A stretch of DNA of 61,212 nucleotides from Mycoplasmatota bacterium (GCA_022763805.1 JALERC010000009.1:1-61212), one strand, 5' to 3'. Counted from the first letter of the stretch, positions 27,188 through 36,671 are shown. A program made the numbers and translations. Notes: generated by a model from the letters alone, not told the origin.

Positions 27188-28495
27188 TTACCCCCTACAT
27201 TTGTTTACAAAGTCTTCAATTAGTTTTTTATTATTTAAATCATATTCAGCCATTAATTCTGGATGCCATTGTACACCAAAAGCATTTTTTCCATTATAAA
27301 TGTATTCTGGAATACCATCTGTTGAATAGCCATATGTTTTAAATTCATGAGTTACCTCACCAATATTATAACTATGTCTACTATTAACCATAATTATATC
27401 TTGTTTTAATAAATCTCTTAATGGTGAATTCTTTAATTTCACTTGATGTACATATTCTGGCCCTATTTGGTAATGATCAATATCAGATTCTTCATTATGA
27501 TATGTTTTATATTTAGGATGACCATTTTTTAAATTATCCACATAACTTATTGTTTGCATTCCTAAACATATACCTAAAAGTGGAATGTTATGCTCTAATG
27601 CATAGGAACATACATATTCATCAAATTCATACCATTTTGAACCACCGGGTAATATTATGCCATCAAGTCGAGATAATTGTGCATCTAAAATCGCTTTCTC
27701 ACTATTTTTTAATCTTGGTACTTCTTTTGGAGTATAAGAATTATATATTAAATCTTGTGGTGGTTGAATTGTAACAACTGAAGCATTATTTCTAACAACA
27801 CATTTTCTATAGTATTCACCTGTTGATATTACATCATAATTATCACTGGTTTTAACAACTCTTCCAACAATTCCTATAACAGGAATTTCAGATTTCATTT
27901 TATTGTGTTTTATATTTTTAATATTATAATATTCTTCTAATGTAATATTTTTTTCTTTCATTACAGTAGCATCAATAACACCAACATATCTAATATGCCA
28001 AGGTTCTGGAACTTGTCCTGTATAACCAACTTTTCCTTTAGGATATCTTAATATAAAGCCATATTTATGGCAATTTTCATATACCCAAATTGAAGCTTCA
28101 TGATCCCACATATCTTCGCCTTTTACATAATGTTTTTGAGATTCTTCTACACTTTCTAAAATGGCAAAGTCTATTGCTAAACCTGTTTGGTGTTCACTAG
28201 TAAGTGGTTCAGCTACTCTTTTCATTGCTTCCTCATATCCTATTTTTTTAATAAAATGACATAATGTATTACATTGTTCTTCATAACTTCTATATGCTGA
28301 ATTTATAAATATTTGATGTCCAAATTTTAATGCATCTTTTTGCATTTCTAAAAAATGTTCATATGCATTATAATTTATTTTTAATTTATAATCTACTATA
28401 TCTCCTTCAACAAAATCAGATATTTCTATAAGTCCACTTGGAATATAATTCTTTTCTAATCTATTATTCTTATTTACTAGTATTAAATTGTTCAT
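27188..28495 (-). CDS. fusion protein: VanY-type M15 carboxypeptidase + C26 gamma-glutamyl hydrolase (class I GATase fold)
   Basis: N-terminal half: 'LILVNKNNRL', 'INSAYRSYEEQ', 'SEHQTGLAIDF', 'YGFILRYP', 'EPWHIRYVG'. C-terminal half: 'LDGIILPGG', 'PLLGICLGMQ', 'VNSRHSY', 'GVQWHPE'. Confidence 0.78.
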   Translation of the reverse strand: MNNLILVNKNNRLEKNYIPSGLIEISDFVEGDIVDYKLKINYNAYEHFLEMQKDALKFGHQIFINSAYRSYEEQCNTLCHFIKKIGYEEAMKRVAEPLTSEHQTGLAIDFAILESVEESQKHYVKGEDMWDHEASIWVYENCHKYGFILRYPKGKVGYTGQVPEPWHIRYVGVIDATVMKEKNITLEEYYNIKNIKHNKMKSEIPVIGIVGRVVKTSDNYDVISTGEYYRKCVVRNNASVVTIQPPQDLIYNSYTPKEVPRLKNSEKAILDAQLSRLDGIILPGGSKWYEFDEYVCSYALEHNIPLLGICLGMQTISYVDNLKNGHPKYKTYHNEESDIDHYQIGPEYVHQVKLKNSPLRDLLKQDIIMVNSRHSYNIGEVTHEFKTYGYSTDGIPEYIYNGKNAFGVQWHPELMAEYDLNNKKLIEDFVNKCRG

Positions 28496-29096
28496 TTTCC
28501 ACTTCCTTTAATATGTTTTCTACACATGAATTAATAAATTCTATAATTTCTAATTCATCAAAAATTTCTAATGGATATGTAACTGATTCATTAATTAATT
28601 TATTAGTTTCTTTTGTTAATAAATTTAATTTTGTAAAGTCTAATTCGGATATTTCAGTATCTATTTTATATTCCTTATTTAAAAAACTGGTATCTATATT
28701 ATATTTTTTTATTAATATATTATTTAAAGAAGTATAGTCTTTATAAATAGCTTCTAACCTTTTTTCAAAAGGAATATCTAATTCTTTCCTATTTTTAAAA
28801 ACTAATTTCTTATTTTTATAATGCTTAGGTAATAAATCTCTAAACCAATATAAATCAGTATATAGATGTATATAATACCCCATATTGAATGGATTATCAA
28901 TACGATATTTTAGAAGAAATTTATCCATATGTGGTATTCCTTTACTACCAAATAGAAAGTGTCCCTTATCTTTAGTTTGTCCAATTAATTTTGCTAAATC
29001 AGGTGCTATTGAGCCTATTAGTAAAAGATCATTATTCATTTTTAATTTTTTATTTATTTCATTAGCTACACTAATGTGTATTATTGCTGAGGCCAT
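28470..29096 (-). CDS. zinc-dependent phospholipase C-like family hydrolase (uncertain)
   Basis: 208 aa with 'AIIHISVANEI', 'LLIGSIAPDLAK', 'KGHF' and 'GYYIHLYTDLYW', resembling the Firmicute Zn_dep_PLPC-like family from memory. Overlaps both neighbouring genes. Confidence 0.4.
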   Translation of the reverse strand: MASAIIHISVANEINKKLKMNNDLLLIGSIAPDLAKLIGQTKDKGHFLFGSKGIPHMDKFLLKYRIDNPFNMGYYIHLYTDLYWFRDLLPKHYKNKKLVFKNRKELDIPFEKRLEAIYKDYTSLNNILIKKYNIDTSFLNKEYKIDTEISELDFTKLNLLTKETNKLINESVTYPLEIFDELEIIEFINSCVENILKEVENEQFNTSK

Positions 29097-30319
29097 ACTA
29101 ATGTTCTAAAGTAATCTTCTAATGTTTCTCTTCTTCTAATTAATTGAAATGATCCATCACTTTTTAGAAGTATTTCGGCACATTTTAATTTACCATTATA
29201 ATTATATCCCATTGATTGTCCATGAGCTCCTGTATCAAGTATTGCTAGATAATCTCCTATTTCTATTTTTGGTAATTTTCTATCTATTGCAAACTTATCG
29301 TTATTTTCACACAAAGATCCAACAATATCATATAAATGATCTTTAGGTTCATTTTCTTTTCCTAAAACAACTATATGATGATAAGCTTTATACATTGCTG
29401 GTCTTAATAAATCAACAGCACATGAATTAACACCAATATATTCTTTATATATGTGTTTTTCATGTATAGCTTTTACAATTAAATTCCCATATGGTGCTAA
29501 CATATAGCGTCCTAATTCTGTATAAATACTTAATTGTATGCCATTTGGAGTAAGTATTTCATCATAAGCTTTTTTAACACCATATGATATTTTATAAATA
29601 TCATTTTTTTCATCTGTTTCTTTATAAGGTATTCCAATTCCTCCACTAAGATTTACAAATGTTATATTACAGTTTAATTCATTAGTTAATTCTACAACTA
29701 ATTCAAATAAAATTTTAGCAAGTTTTGGATAATATTCATTTGTTAATGTATTACTAGCTAAAAATGAATGAATACCAAATTCTTCTACTCCTAATTTTTG
29801 TAATCTAGTGATACTTTCTTTTATTTGTTCTTTAGTCATACCATATTTTGCATCTTTTGGTGAATCCATAATATCATTTGATATTTTAAAATCTCCTCCT
29901 GGATTATATCTTAAACACATTTTTTTTGGTATTTCTATTTTATCTTTTATGTAATCAATGTGTGTAATATCATCTAAATTAATTATTGCATTCATTTCTC
30001 GTGCTTTTTTATATTCTTCTATTTCAGTTTCGTTTGACGAAAACATGATATCTTTAACATTAGCCATTTTACATAATTCTAATTCAGCTAATGATGAACA
30101 ATCACAACCTATATTTAATTTGTTTAAAATACTTAAAATTGCAGGATTAGGTGTAGCTTTTACTGCAAAGTACTCTTTAAATCCTTCATTCCATGAAAAT
30201 GCATCAAGTAATTCTTTAGCATTTTTTATTATTCCAGCTTCATCATATATATGAAATGGAGTTGGATATTTTTTTTCTATTTCTAAAATTTTTTCAAGTG
30301 TTACAAATGTTGTTTTCAT
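29081..30319 (-). CDS. lysA: diaminopimelate decarboxylase-type PLP enzyme (fold-III Orn/DAP/Arg decarboxylase)
   Basis: 412 aa with 'YFAVKATPNP' (PLP lysine), 'DCSSLAELE', 'NLSGGIGIPY', 'ELGRYM', 'GSLCENNDKF' and 'DTGAHGQSMGYNYN'. Confidence 0.72.
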   Translation of the reverse strand: MKTTFVTLEKILEIEKKYPTPFHIYDEAGIIKNAKELLDAFSWNEGFKEYFAVKATPNPAILSILNKLNIGCDCSSLAELELCKMANVKDIMFSSNETEIEEYKKAREMNAIINLDDITHIDYIKDKIEIPKKMCLRYNPGGDFKISNDIMDSPKDAKYGMTKEQIKESITRLQKLGVEEFGIHSFLASNTLTNEYYPKLAKILFELVVELTNELNCNITFVNLSGGIGIPYKETDEKNDIYKISYGVKKAYDEILTPNGIQLSIYTELGRYMLAPYGNLIVKAIHEKHIYKEYIGVNSCAVDLLRPAMYKAYHHIVVLGKENEPKDHLYDIVGSLCENNDKFAIDRKLPKIEIGDYLAILDTGAHGQSMGYNYNGKLKCAEILLKSDGSFQLIRRRETLEDYFRTLVWPQQ

Positions 30320-30372
30320 AATTTTACCTCTTTCATACTACTATATATATATTTTAACATAAAAAAAGAGAT

Positions 30373-30771
30373 TTATTTTTTCTTTTTTAATAAATCTCTT
30401 ATTTCTTCAAGAAGAACTATATCATCAGGTTTTTTTGGTTCTTCTTTTTTTTCTTCTTTTTTAAGTGGTTTAATAATTTTATTTATTACTTTTACAATAA
30501 CAAAGATACATGCTGCAATGATTAAAAAATCAATTACATTTTGTATAAAATTACCATAAGTAATTTTAGCATCACCAATTGTTAAAGTTAAGTTTTTAAA
30601 ATCTACTCCACCAATTAAAATACCTATTAATGGCATTAAAACGTCATTAACTAAAGAACTTACTATTTTTGAAAATGCTCCACCAATAATAACACCGACT
30701 GCTAAATCAAGTACATTACCTCTTAAAACAAATTCTCTAAATTCTTGTAATTCTTTTTTAATTTTTTCCAT
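30373..30771 (-). CDS. mscL: large-conductance mechanosensitive channel
   Basis: 132 aa with '[23 protein letters not shown]' and a K/E-rich C-terminus. Confidence 0.92.
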   Translation of the reverse strand: MEKIKKELQEFREFVLRGNVLDLAVGVIIGGAFSKIVSSLVNDVLMPLIGILIGGVDFKNLTLTIGDAKITYGNFIQNVIDFLIIAACIFVIVKVINKIIKPLKKEEKKEEPKKPDDIVLLEEIRDLLKKKK

Positions 30772-30814
30772 TTAAATCACCTTTAAATATATTAACATAT
30801 TTTAAATGGAAAGT

Positions 30815-31237
30815 CTATTTAAAAATTAATGGAATTTGTATCATCGATACAGATACTATAATTGATATTAGTAGTCCAATTAATATAGCAAGTATTGATA
30901 ATATAAATGCTTTAAATTTTCCTATAACATTTTCAAGAAGAAACATATATGTTACACAGAAGTTAATTGGAAATACAATAGATATTATGTATTTCATAAT
31001 TTGAAATTTATCTATATTAATTTCATTGTTATATGTTAAATAACCTATTCCAAAAATAAATATAAAAAATTCAACAATCAGTAAAGTTGTTCTTATTCCA
31101 TCTTTTCTTATAGTTCCCCATTTTACATTTTTAAATATTTTTATAATAATAAATATAAATAAAGCTGATAATAGTACATAAAATAAATCCATATAATTAA
31201 TTCCTAATATAAATGATATGATGTGTTCGTTATCCAT
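30815..31237 (-). CDS. four-helix membrane hypothetical protein
   Basis: 140 aa, hydrophobic throughout. Confidence 0.45.
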   Translation of the reverse strand: MDNEHIISFILGINYMDLFYVLLSALFIFIIIKIFKNVKWGTIRKDGIRTTLLIVEFFIFIFGIGYLTYNNEINIDKFQIMKYIISIVFPINFCVTYMFLLENVIGKFKAFILSILAILIGLLISIIVSVSMIQIPLIFK

Positions 31238-31246
31238 AAACTCCTC

Positions 31247-32257
31247 CTATTTGTTAATAATTTTTTCGATTTCATTTTGTAAATGATTATCTATATCTTC
31301 TATAATTGTCCAGTTACATTTTCCGTTTTCGTCTAATATTGGTAAGAGTCCTATTTGTCCAATATTATTTAATAATTTTAATTTATCATCAAATGTACCT
31401 AAACAAAGAATATAATCACCATTTGTCATTCTATCTATCAAATCTTTGTTTGGTTCATTATATACTACTTTATAAAATATTTTTTCTTCTTTTTCTTGTA
31501 TAGCTTTTAACACAATATAAATGTGTTCACAATAATATTCACATCCACAACTACAATGTAGTTTAACTTGATTTTTATCTTCTTCTTTAATTATTACAAC
31601 ATATTCAAATTTATCATTACATACTGCATAATAATTATTATCAATTTTTTCTAAAAATTCAATATTATTACTAGTTAATTTTTTTGCTCTTTCTATAACT
31701 ACTGGATCGAATATTCTATTAATATTTCCTCTTGTAATATTAAATTTTATTGTATTTAAATAATCATATTTATATTGTTCTCCAGTTAAACTTGATAACA
31801 TTTGAACAAAAAATTCATCTAATTTAGATGGTAAATTTTTAGATACTATTACTAAAATATTTGCAAGTACACTCCACTCTGTTGGTAAATATCTATAAAA
31901 TTCAAATACATTTGCATTTGGTATTATGCTTCTTACATTCGATTTTATTCTTACAATATCATCTTTATTTTTTTTATTTACAGGAAAATTTGGTAATACT
32001 GTTGTCTCTAATAATGTAATCATATAATCAACTGATTCTCTATTCATTACTTCAGTACTTACAAATTTTGTAATGTTATCTACATCTCCATAATTTAAGT
32101 CTAGCCATGTTAATTTATAAATTAAATCTTTAGGATAATAATCTATTCTTATATATAAATTACTTTTCATATAATTTATAAATCTTATTTCAATAATATT
32201 ATAAGCTCTTTTTTTCTTATAATACTTATTAAGTTTTGCTAATTTTTCTTCTATCAT
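31247..32257 (-). CDS. SWIM zinc-finger domain protein
   Basis: 336 aa. 'HCSCGCEYYCEHIY' fits CxCxnCxH. Confidence 0.5.
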   Translation of the reverse strand: MIEEKLAKLNKYYKKKRAYNIIEIRFINYMKSNLYIRIDYYPKDLIYKLTWLDLNYGDVDNITKFVSTEVMNRESVDYMITLLETTVLPNFPVNKKNKDDIVRIKSNVRSIIPNANVFEFYRYLPTEWSVLANILVIVSKNLPSKLDEFFVQMLSSLTGEQYKYDYLNTIKFNITRGNINRIFDPVVIERAKKLTSNNIEFLEKIDNNYYAVCNDKFEYVVIIKEEDKNQVKLHCSCGCEYYCEHIYIVLKAIQEKEEKIFYKVVYNEPNKDLIDRMTNGDYILCLGTFDDKLKLLNNIGQIGLLPILDENGKCNWTIIEDIDNHLQNEIEKIINK

Positions 32258-32306
32258 AGTATCACCTATTATAAATTATACCAAAAAAAAGAGTGATTGA
32301 ACACTC

Positions 32307-32804
32307 TTATAGTTTAAAAGTTAATGTTTTTGTAATAGGATCATATTCAGTTATATCCTTATATTCACTAAATTTATTTCTGGATATTTTTCCCCTATTA
32401 TCTTTTTTTATAATATAATCATATTCCATACTTTTTCTTAATATTAGTTTGTTTGGAATAAAATGCTTTTCACTTAGTATGTCATTAAACATCTTTTTAT
32501 CGTCCAAAATTAGTGCTATATAAGCCATCACTGCAGGGCTTCTAGATATTCCTAAAGCACAGTGAACTAATATTTCATCAAAATCATTATTTAATATAAA
32601 ATCATTTATCATTTTAGCGTGTTTTTCATTATATATATTTTCTAAATCTAGTTCCATATTAATATCTGCTACAAATAAATTTAGTACTTTATCAAAATTT
32701 TCTAATGGTTCTTTATCTTTATCTAATAATCTTATTACGATTGGTTTTTTCCCTAATGGTTTAATTTTTGTTATTGTATCCTCATCATATATACCATAAT
32801 ACAT
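32307..32804 (-). CDS. Cys-based protein phosphatase (CX5R, DSP/PTP-like)
   Basis: 165 aa. 'LVHCALGISRSPAV' is an HCX5R(S/T) P-loop. 1-nt overlap with maf. Confidence 0.6.
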   Translation of the reverse strand: MYYGIYDEDTITKIKPLGKKPIVIRLLDKDKEPLENFDKVLNLFVADINMELDLENIYNEKHAKMINDFILNNDFDEILVHCALGISRSPAVMAYIALILDDKKMFNDILSEKHFIPNKLILRKSMEYDYIIKKDNRGKISRNKFSEYKDITEYDPITKTLTFKL

Positions 32805-33382
32805 TAGTCTATATCCTTTAAATCAAGATTCATTTTTCTTAATAATTGATAAAATTTTTCTACTGGAAGTCCTAATATATTATAATAACTTCCTTCAATA
32901 CTTTGTATAAAACATGATGCCACTGTTTCAATAACAAATCCAGATACATATAAGGCGTCTTTTTCTTTTTCGATATAATAATTTATATTTTCTTCAGTTA
33001 TTTCATTCATTATGACTTTTGTTTCTTGAAAATCAGTAAATGCTTCTTCTGTATCCAAATTAATTAATGAAATACCTGTTAATACAGACACCTTATTATT
33101 GCTTGCTTTTCTTAAATTTTCTTTAGCTTCTTCTAATGTTTTAGGTTTTTCAATTATTTTTCCGTTCATTAGTACTACAGTATCTAGTCCTAATATAAGT
33201 CCATCAGATACCATTGTTGCCCCATGTCTTGCTTTAAGTTTTGCTAATTCCATAACATATTCATGAGCATTAGTTTTTGTACTTTCTTCTTTAACATTTA
33301 CATCAATACATTCATGATTAATATAAACTTTATCTAATATTTGACTTTTAAATTTTGATTTACTTGCTAAATATAATTTCAT
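32804..33382 (-). CDS. maf: Maf-like nucleoside triphosphate pyrophosphatase
   Basis: 192 aa with 'LYLASKSKFKSQIL', 'LGLDTVV', 'VLTGISL' and 'YNILGLP'. Confidence 0.8.
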   Translation of the reverse strand: MKLYLASKSKFKSQILDKVYINHECIDVNVKEESTKTNAHEYVMELAKLKARHGATMVSDGLILGLDTVVLMNGKIIEKPKTLEEAKENLRKASNNKVSVLTGISLINLDTEEAFTDFQETKVIMNEITEENINYYIEKEKDALYVSGFVIETVASCFIQSIEGSYYNILGLPVEKFYQLLRKMNLDLKDID

Positions 33383-33398
33383 AATATCACCAAATTAA

Positions 33399-34172
33399 TT
33401 ATATCATAATTTTTTGTAATAATTTGTGTGATTCTGAAAAACTTTCTTCATAAAAATTATTAATTGTATTTGTAAAGTTTAATTTATATTTTTCCATTTC
33501 TTGTTTTAATAATTTTAAAAAATCAACATTATCTAATTGTTTTAAATAATTATATAATTCTGGATATTTATTAAATACTTCATCCATTTTTTCAATATTC
33601 ATTGAATACATATAATTATAATATTCTAAATATCTTTTATGACTACACATGTATGCTGCTGAATAATCAAATACAGGTGCTAATCTTAAACTATCATCTT
33701 TCTTTTCTAATTGTATATTTACATCTGCTCTATCTAGTTGCATCATATAAATATCTAATGCATAAAGTTTTAACATATCTTGTTTTAATTGTTCATATGT
33801 TTTAAATCCTTTAAAATAATCTAATTTATCTTTTTCTTGTGTTGTAAATTCACTAATTCTATGGTATGTTTTATCTTTTTCTCTAAAGTTTGGTGTTCTT
33901 ATATAAAAGTCACCATAATAATCTACTGGTTCATAATGTGCTGTTTTAAGATTTAATTCATTTGCTATTATTTCTCCTAAGAATTCATTTAATCCTCTTC
34001 CTTGTTTAATATAATAGTATGTATTATTCATTTTAGCCCAATTTATTAGTCGATGTACTTCACTTATAGGTATACCTAACTCTATAGCTTTTTTAATATT
34101 AATTTCTTTAATCTTATGTTTTGCAAGTACTTTTTCTACATTTGAATTTTTATCCATCATTCCTGTAATCAT
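33399..34172 (-). CDS. HipA_C-like kinase-fold protein (uncertain)
   Basis: 257 aa. 'MQLDRADVNIQLEKKDDSLRLAPVFDYS' resembles the HipA catalytic 'D.H.KN ... LAPaYD' segment. Confidence 0.4.
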   Translation of the reverse strand: MITGMMDKNSNVEKVLAKHKIKEINIKKAIELGIPISEVHRLINWAKMNNTYYYIKQGRGLNEFLGEIIANELNLKTAHYEPVDYYGDFYIRTPNFREKDKTYHRISEFTTQEKDKLDYFKGFKTYEQLKQDMLKLYALDIYMMQLDRADVNIQLEKKDDSLRLAPVFDYSAAYMCSHKRYLEYYNYMYSMNIEKMDEVFNKYPELYNYLKQLDNVDFLKLLKQEMEKYKLNFTNTINNFYEESFSESHKLLQKIMI

Positions 34173-34221
34173 AAAAATAAGTTCCTCCCTTAAGTTGGAA
34201 CTTATTATAACATATTTATTT

Positions 34222-34986
34222 TTAGTTGCAAATTCTTGATTCTAACAGTTTTTTAGATAGATCTTGTAAATTTAAAATTCTAAATTTTTGATACATATCT
34301 TTTGTTTCATCAAAGTATACTATGAATACATTTTTTACTTTTATACTTGTATATTTTTCAATTAATATTTTATAAATATTTAATTGCAATGAGTAATGTG
34401 AATAGTTACAATCATCTAGGCTATCTAATGGATATAACATTTTTACATGATTAAATGATTCAGTATCTATTTTTTTATTTGTCTTATAGTCTATCATTAC
34501 TAGATTACCATTTTCTCTGTTTAAAAATAAATTATCTATACTACCTGCTATATCATACTCTAGTGATCCCACTATAAATTCATCTTTTACTACTTCAAAG
34601 GTATCTTTATAATCATTATAAAATTTTTGTGCTTGAACTTTTGATGCTTCAAAAGCTTTTTTTAATCTATTTATATCTATATCTTTAATATTTTCATAAT
34701 TCGGTAAAACTTCTTCACCGTTCCATAATCCTTGAGCATATTCATGCACTAATGTTCCTTTAATAGTACTAAATCTATTTTCTAGTTCCCAATCTTTTAA
34801 TATTTCTTCTTGTGGTCTTCCTGTTTTAAGACTTACTTTTTTACTTACTTCCTCTTTATCAAATGGATTAGTATATTCATGTATTAATGTAGTTACACTT
34901 GTTCCTATTTTTTTTCCGTTACATTCATAATGATGATCATCAGGGAAAAATTTAAAATCTTTAAATGTCTCAAATAATTCGTTCAT
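34222..34986 (-). CDS. PD-(D/E)XK nuclease superfamily protein
   Basis: 254 aa with 'HHYECNGKKIGTSVTTLI', 'GTLVHEYAQ', 'AGSIDNLF' and 'LVMIDYKTNK' (D ... DxK). Confidence 0.6.
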   Translation of the reverse strand: MNELFETFKDFKFFPDDHHYECNGKKIGTSVTTLIHEYTNPFDKEEVSKKVSLKTGRPQEEILKDWELENRFSTIKGTLVHEYAQGLWNGEEVLPNYENIKDIDINRLKKAFEASKVQAQKFYNDYKDTFEVVKDEFIVGSLEYDIAGSIDNLFLNRENGNLVMIDYKTNKKIDTESFNHVKMLYPLDSLDDCNYSHYSLQLNIYKILIEKYTSIKVKNVFIVYFDETKDMYQKFRILNLQDLSKKLLESRICN

Positions 34987-35039
34987 AATATCCCTCCTAA
35001 ATTATTATAACACAAAAACAAAAAAGAGACATTAGTCTC

Positions 35040-36011
35040 TTAGTTTTCAGCTTCTTCCAACATATTTGTAATAAATATACCATATCCTTTTTTAGGATTA
35101 TTTACAAATACATGTGTTACAGCTCCTATAATTTTATCATCTTGAATTATTGGACTTCCACTCATACCTTGTACAATACCACCAGTTTCATTAATTAAAC
35201 TTTCATCTGTTATTTCAAATATTAAATTTTTTGTTATGTCATTGTTATCTACTTTTTGTATATTTATGCTATATTCTTTTATTATATTATCTTTAATAAC
35301 TGTTTTAATAACAGCTTTACCCAAATATATTTCATCAGGTTTTGCTACTTTATATAATTTATTTTTATCAAATTCTTTTGTATAATTTCCAAAAATTCCT
35401 TTTATAGTATTTTCCTTTATACTACCATATATTTTATTTTGATCATATATAGCATTCTTTTCTCCAGGTTCTCCATTTCTACTTTTCTCAATATTAGTTA
35501 CTGTAGATTCAAATATGGTACCATCATTTGATTCAACTATCTTACCTGTTTGACTTTCTATTACTTCATGCCCTAGAGCACCATATATTTTAGTATTAGG
35601 ATCAATAAATGTTAGTGTTCCTATTCCTGTTATTGAGTCTTTTACATAGAGTCCTGTTTTACAAATATTATTTTCTTTTTTTAATCTTAATTTTGTATTA
35701 TATTCTTTATTATTTCTTGTATATGTTATATTTAAGTTATTACATTCATCACTATTTATTTTTTTTAATAATTCATCACTTGTAGATATTTTTTGATTTT
35801 CAACCTTAGTTATTAAATCACCTATATGAAGTCCAGAATCAGCTATAATTAATTCATTTCCTACGGTATATGTTCCTACTACTAATACTCCATTAGTCTT
35901 TACAGTAATACCTATATTTTCTCCACTAGCTATTATGTAGTCTGAATATGCATGTGTAATACTTGGTATACTTAAAAGTATTAGAAGCATTAATGATACT
36001 TTTTGTTTCAT
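35040..36011 (-). CDS. spoIVB: SpoIVB peptidase (S55)
   Basis: 323 aa with a signal anchor, PDZ-like 'GDLITKVENQKI', 'GTLTFIDPNTKIYGALGH' and 'QGMSGSPII'. Confidence 0.85.
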   Translation of the reverse strand: MKQKVSLMLLILLSIPSITHAYSDYIIASGENIGITVKTNGVLVVGTYTVGNELIIADSGLHIGDLITKVENQKISTSDELLKKINSDECNNLNITYTRNNKEYNTKLRLKKENNICKTGLYVKDSITGIGTLTFIDPNTKIYGALGHEVIESQTGKIVESNDGTIFESTVTNIEKSRNGEPGEKNAIYDQNKIYGSIKENTIKGIFGNYTKEFDKNKLYKVAKPDEIYLGKAVIKTVIKDNIIKEYSINIQKVDNNDITKNLIFEITDESLINETGGIVQGMSGSPIIQDDKIIGAVTHVFVNNPKKGYGIFITNMLEEAEN

Positions 36012-36055
36012 AATATCATCTCCTTCCAGACTACATTAATAGTATTAACCAAGAA

Positions 36056-36088
36056 ATAAAAAAAATGCATAAAAAACTTATGCATTTT
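36056..36088 (-). terminator. rho-independent terminator about 45 nt upstream of spoIVB
   Basis: 9-bp stem AATGCATAA/TTATGCATT with loop AAAAC, then 8 T on the minus strand. Confidence 0.68.
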
Positions 36089-36196
36089 GAATACACTAAA
36101 TTAAATTAATAAAGAATCGAACAAAAGAAATAGAACAAAATTAAATACCGACTGAGAATGTTTTTTTTTAAAATATAAATAATTTAAGTAAATAGA

Positions 36197-36378
36197 TTGG
36201 ACTTTTATTATTTTTGGGCTAAATAATATATAGACTATCAAATAATTTTGGGCTTTATTCGATAAGTCTTAACCGTTTTAAATTTTATTTGGGATATAAA
36301 ATTTAAATATATTTATAATAGTTTTTGGGCTTAACTATTAATTTATATACATATATATCATAAGTAAAATCTTGGGCT
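36197..36378 (+). repeat. array of TTGGGCT direct repeats in an intergenic spacer
   Basis: Exact TTGGGCT at 36214, 36248, 36325 and 36372. Variants TTGGGAT at 36289 and TTGGACT at 36197. All are on the same strand, usually preceded by a T-run. Spacing is 17, 34, 41, 36 and 47 nt. Confidence 0.8.
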
Positions 36379-36459
36379 ATCTTACTTACAATTTAATTAT
36401 ACCACTATATAAAATTTAATCAATACATATTTTGAACTTTTTCTTTTAGTTTACACTTT

Positions 36460-36669
36460 TTAATTTTCAACTGTAAAGTCTTCTAATTCTCCATCTTTAT
36501 TTACAATTTTACTAATTTTTTCTTCTGCATCTTTTAATTCTAAATCACATTCTTTAATTAGTTTCATTGCTTCAGTATATTTATTGATTGATTCTTCTAA
36601 TTTTATTTCATCTTTTTCAAGTTCTGCTACAATTTTTTCAATAGCTGCCATTTTTTCTTCAAATTTCAT
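36460..36669 (-). CDS. xseB: exodeoxyribonuclease VII small subunit
   Basis: 69 aa, helical, 'FEEKMAAIEKIVAELE'. Follows xseA. Confidence 0.85.
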   Translation of the reverse strand: MKFEEKMAAIEKIVAELEKDEIKLEESINKYTEAMKLIKECDLELKDAEEKISKIVNKDGELEDFTVEN

Positions 36670-36671
36670 AA

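Noticed and set aside
30320-30372. Lysine riboswitch (L-box) upstream of the lysA-type gene
   Set aside because: The 53-nt spacer is far too short for an L-box.
36197-36378. Possible CRISPR array
   Set aside because: The repeat unit is only about 7-9 nt, the spacing is irregular (17-47 nt), and there are no cas genes or leader. It is not CRISPR-like.
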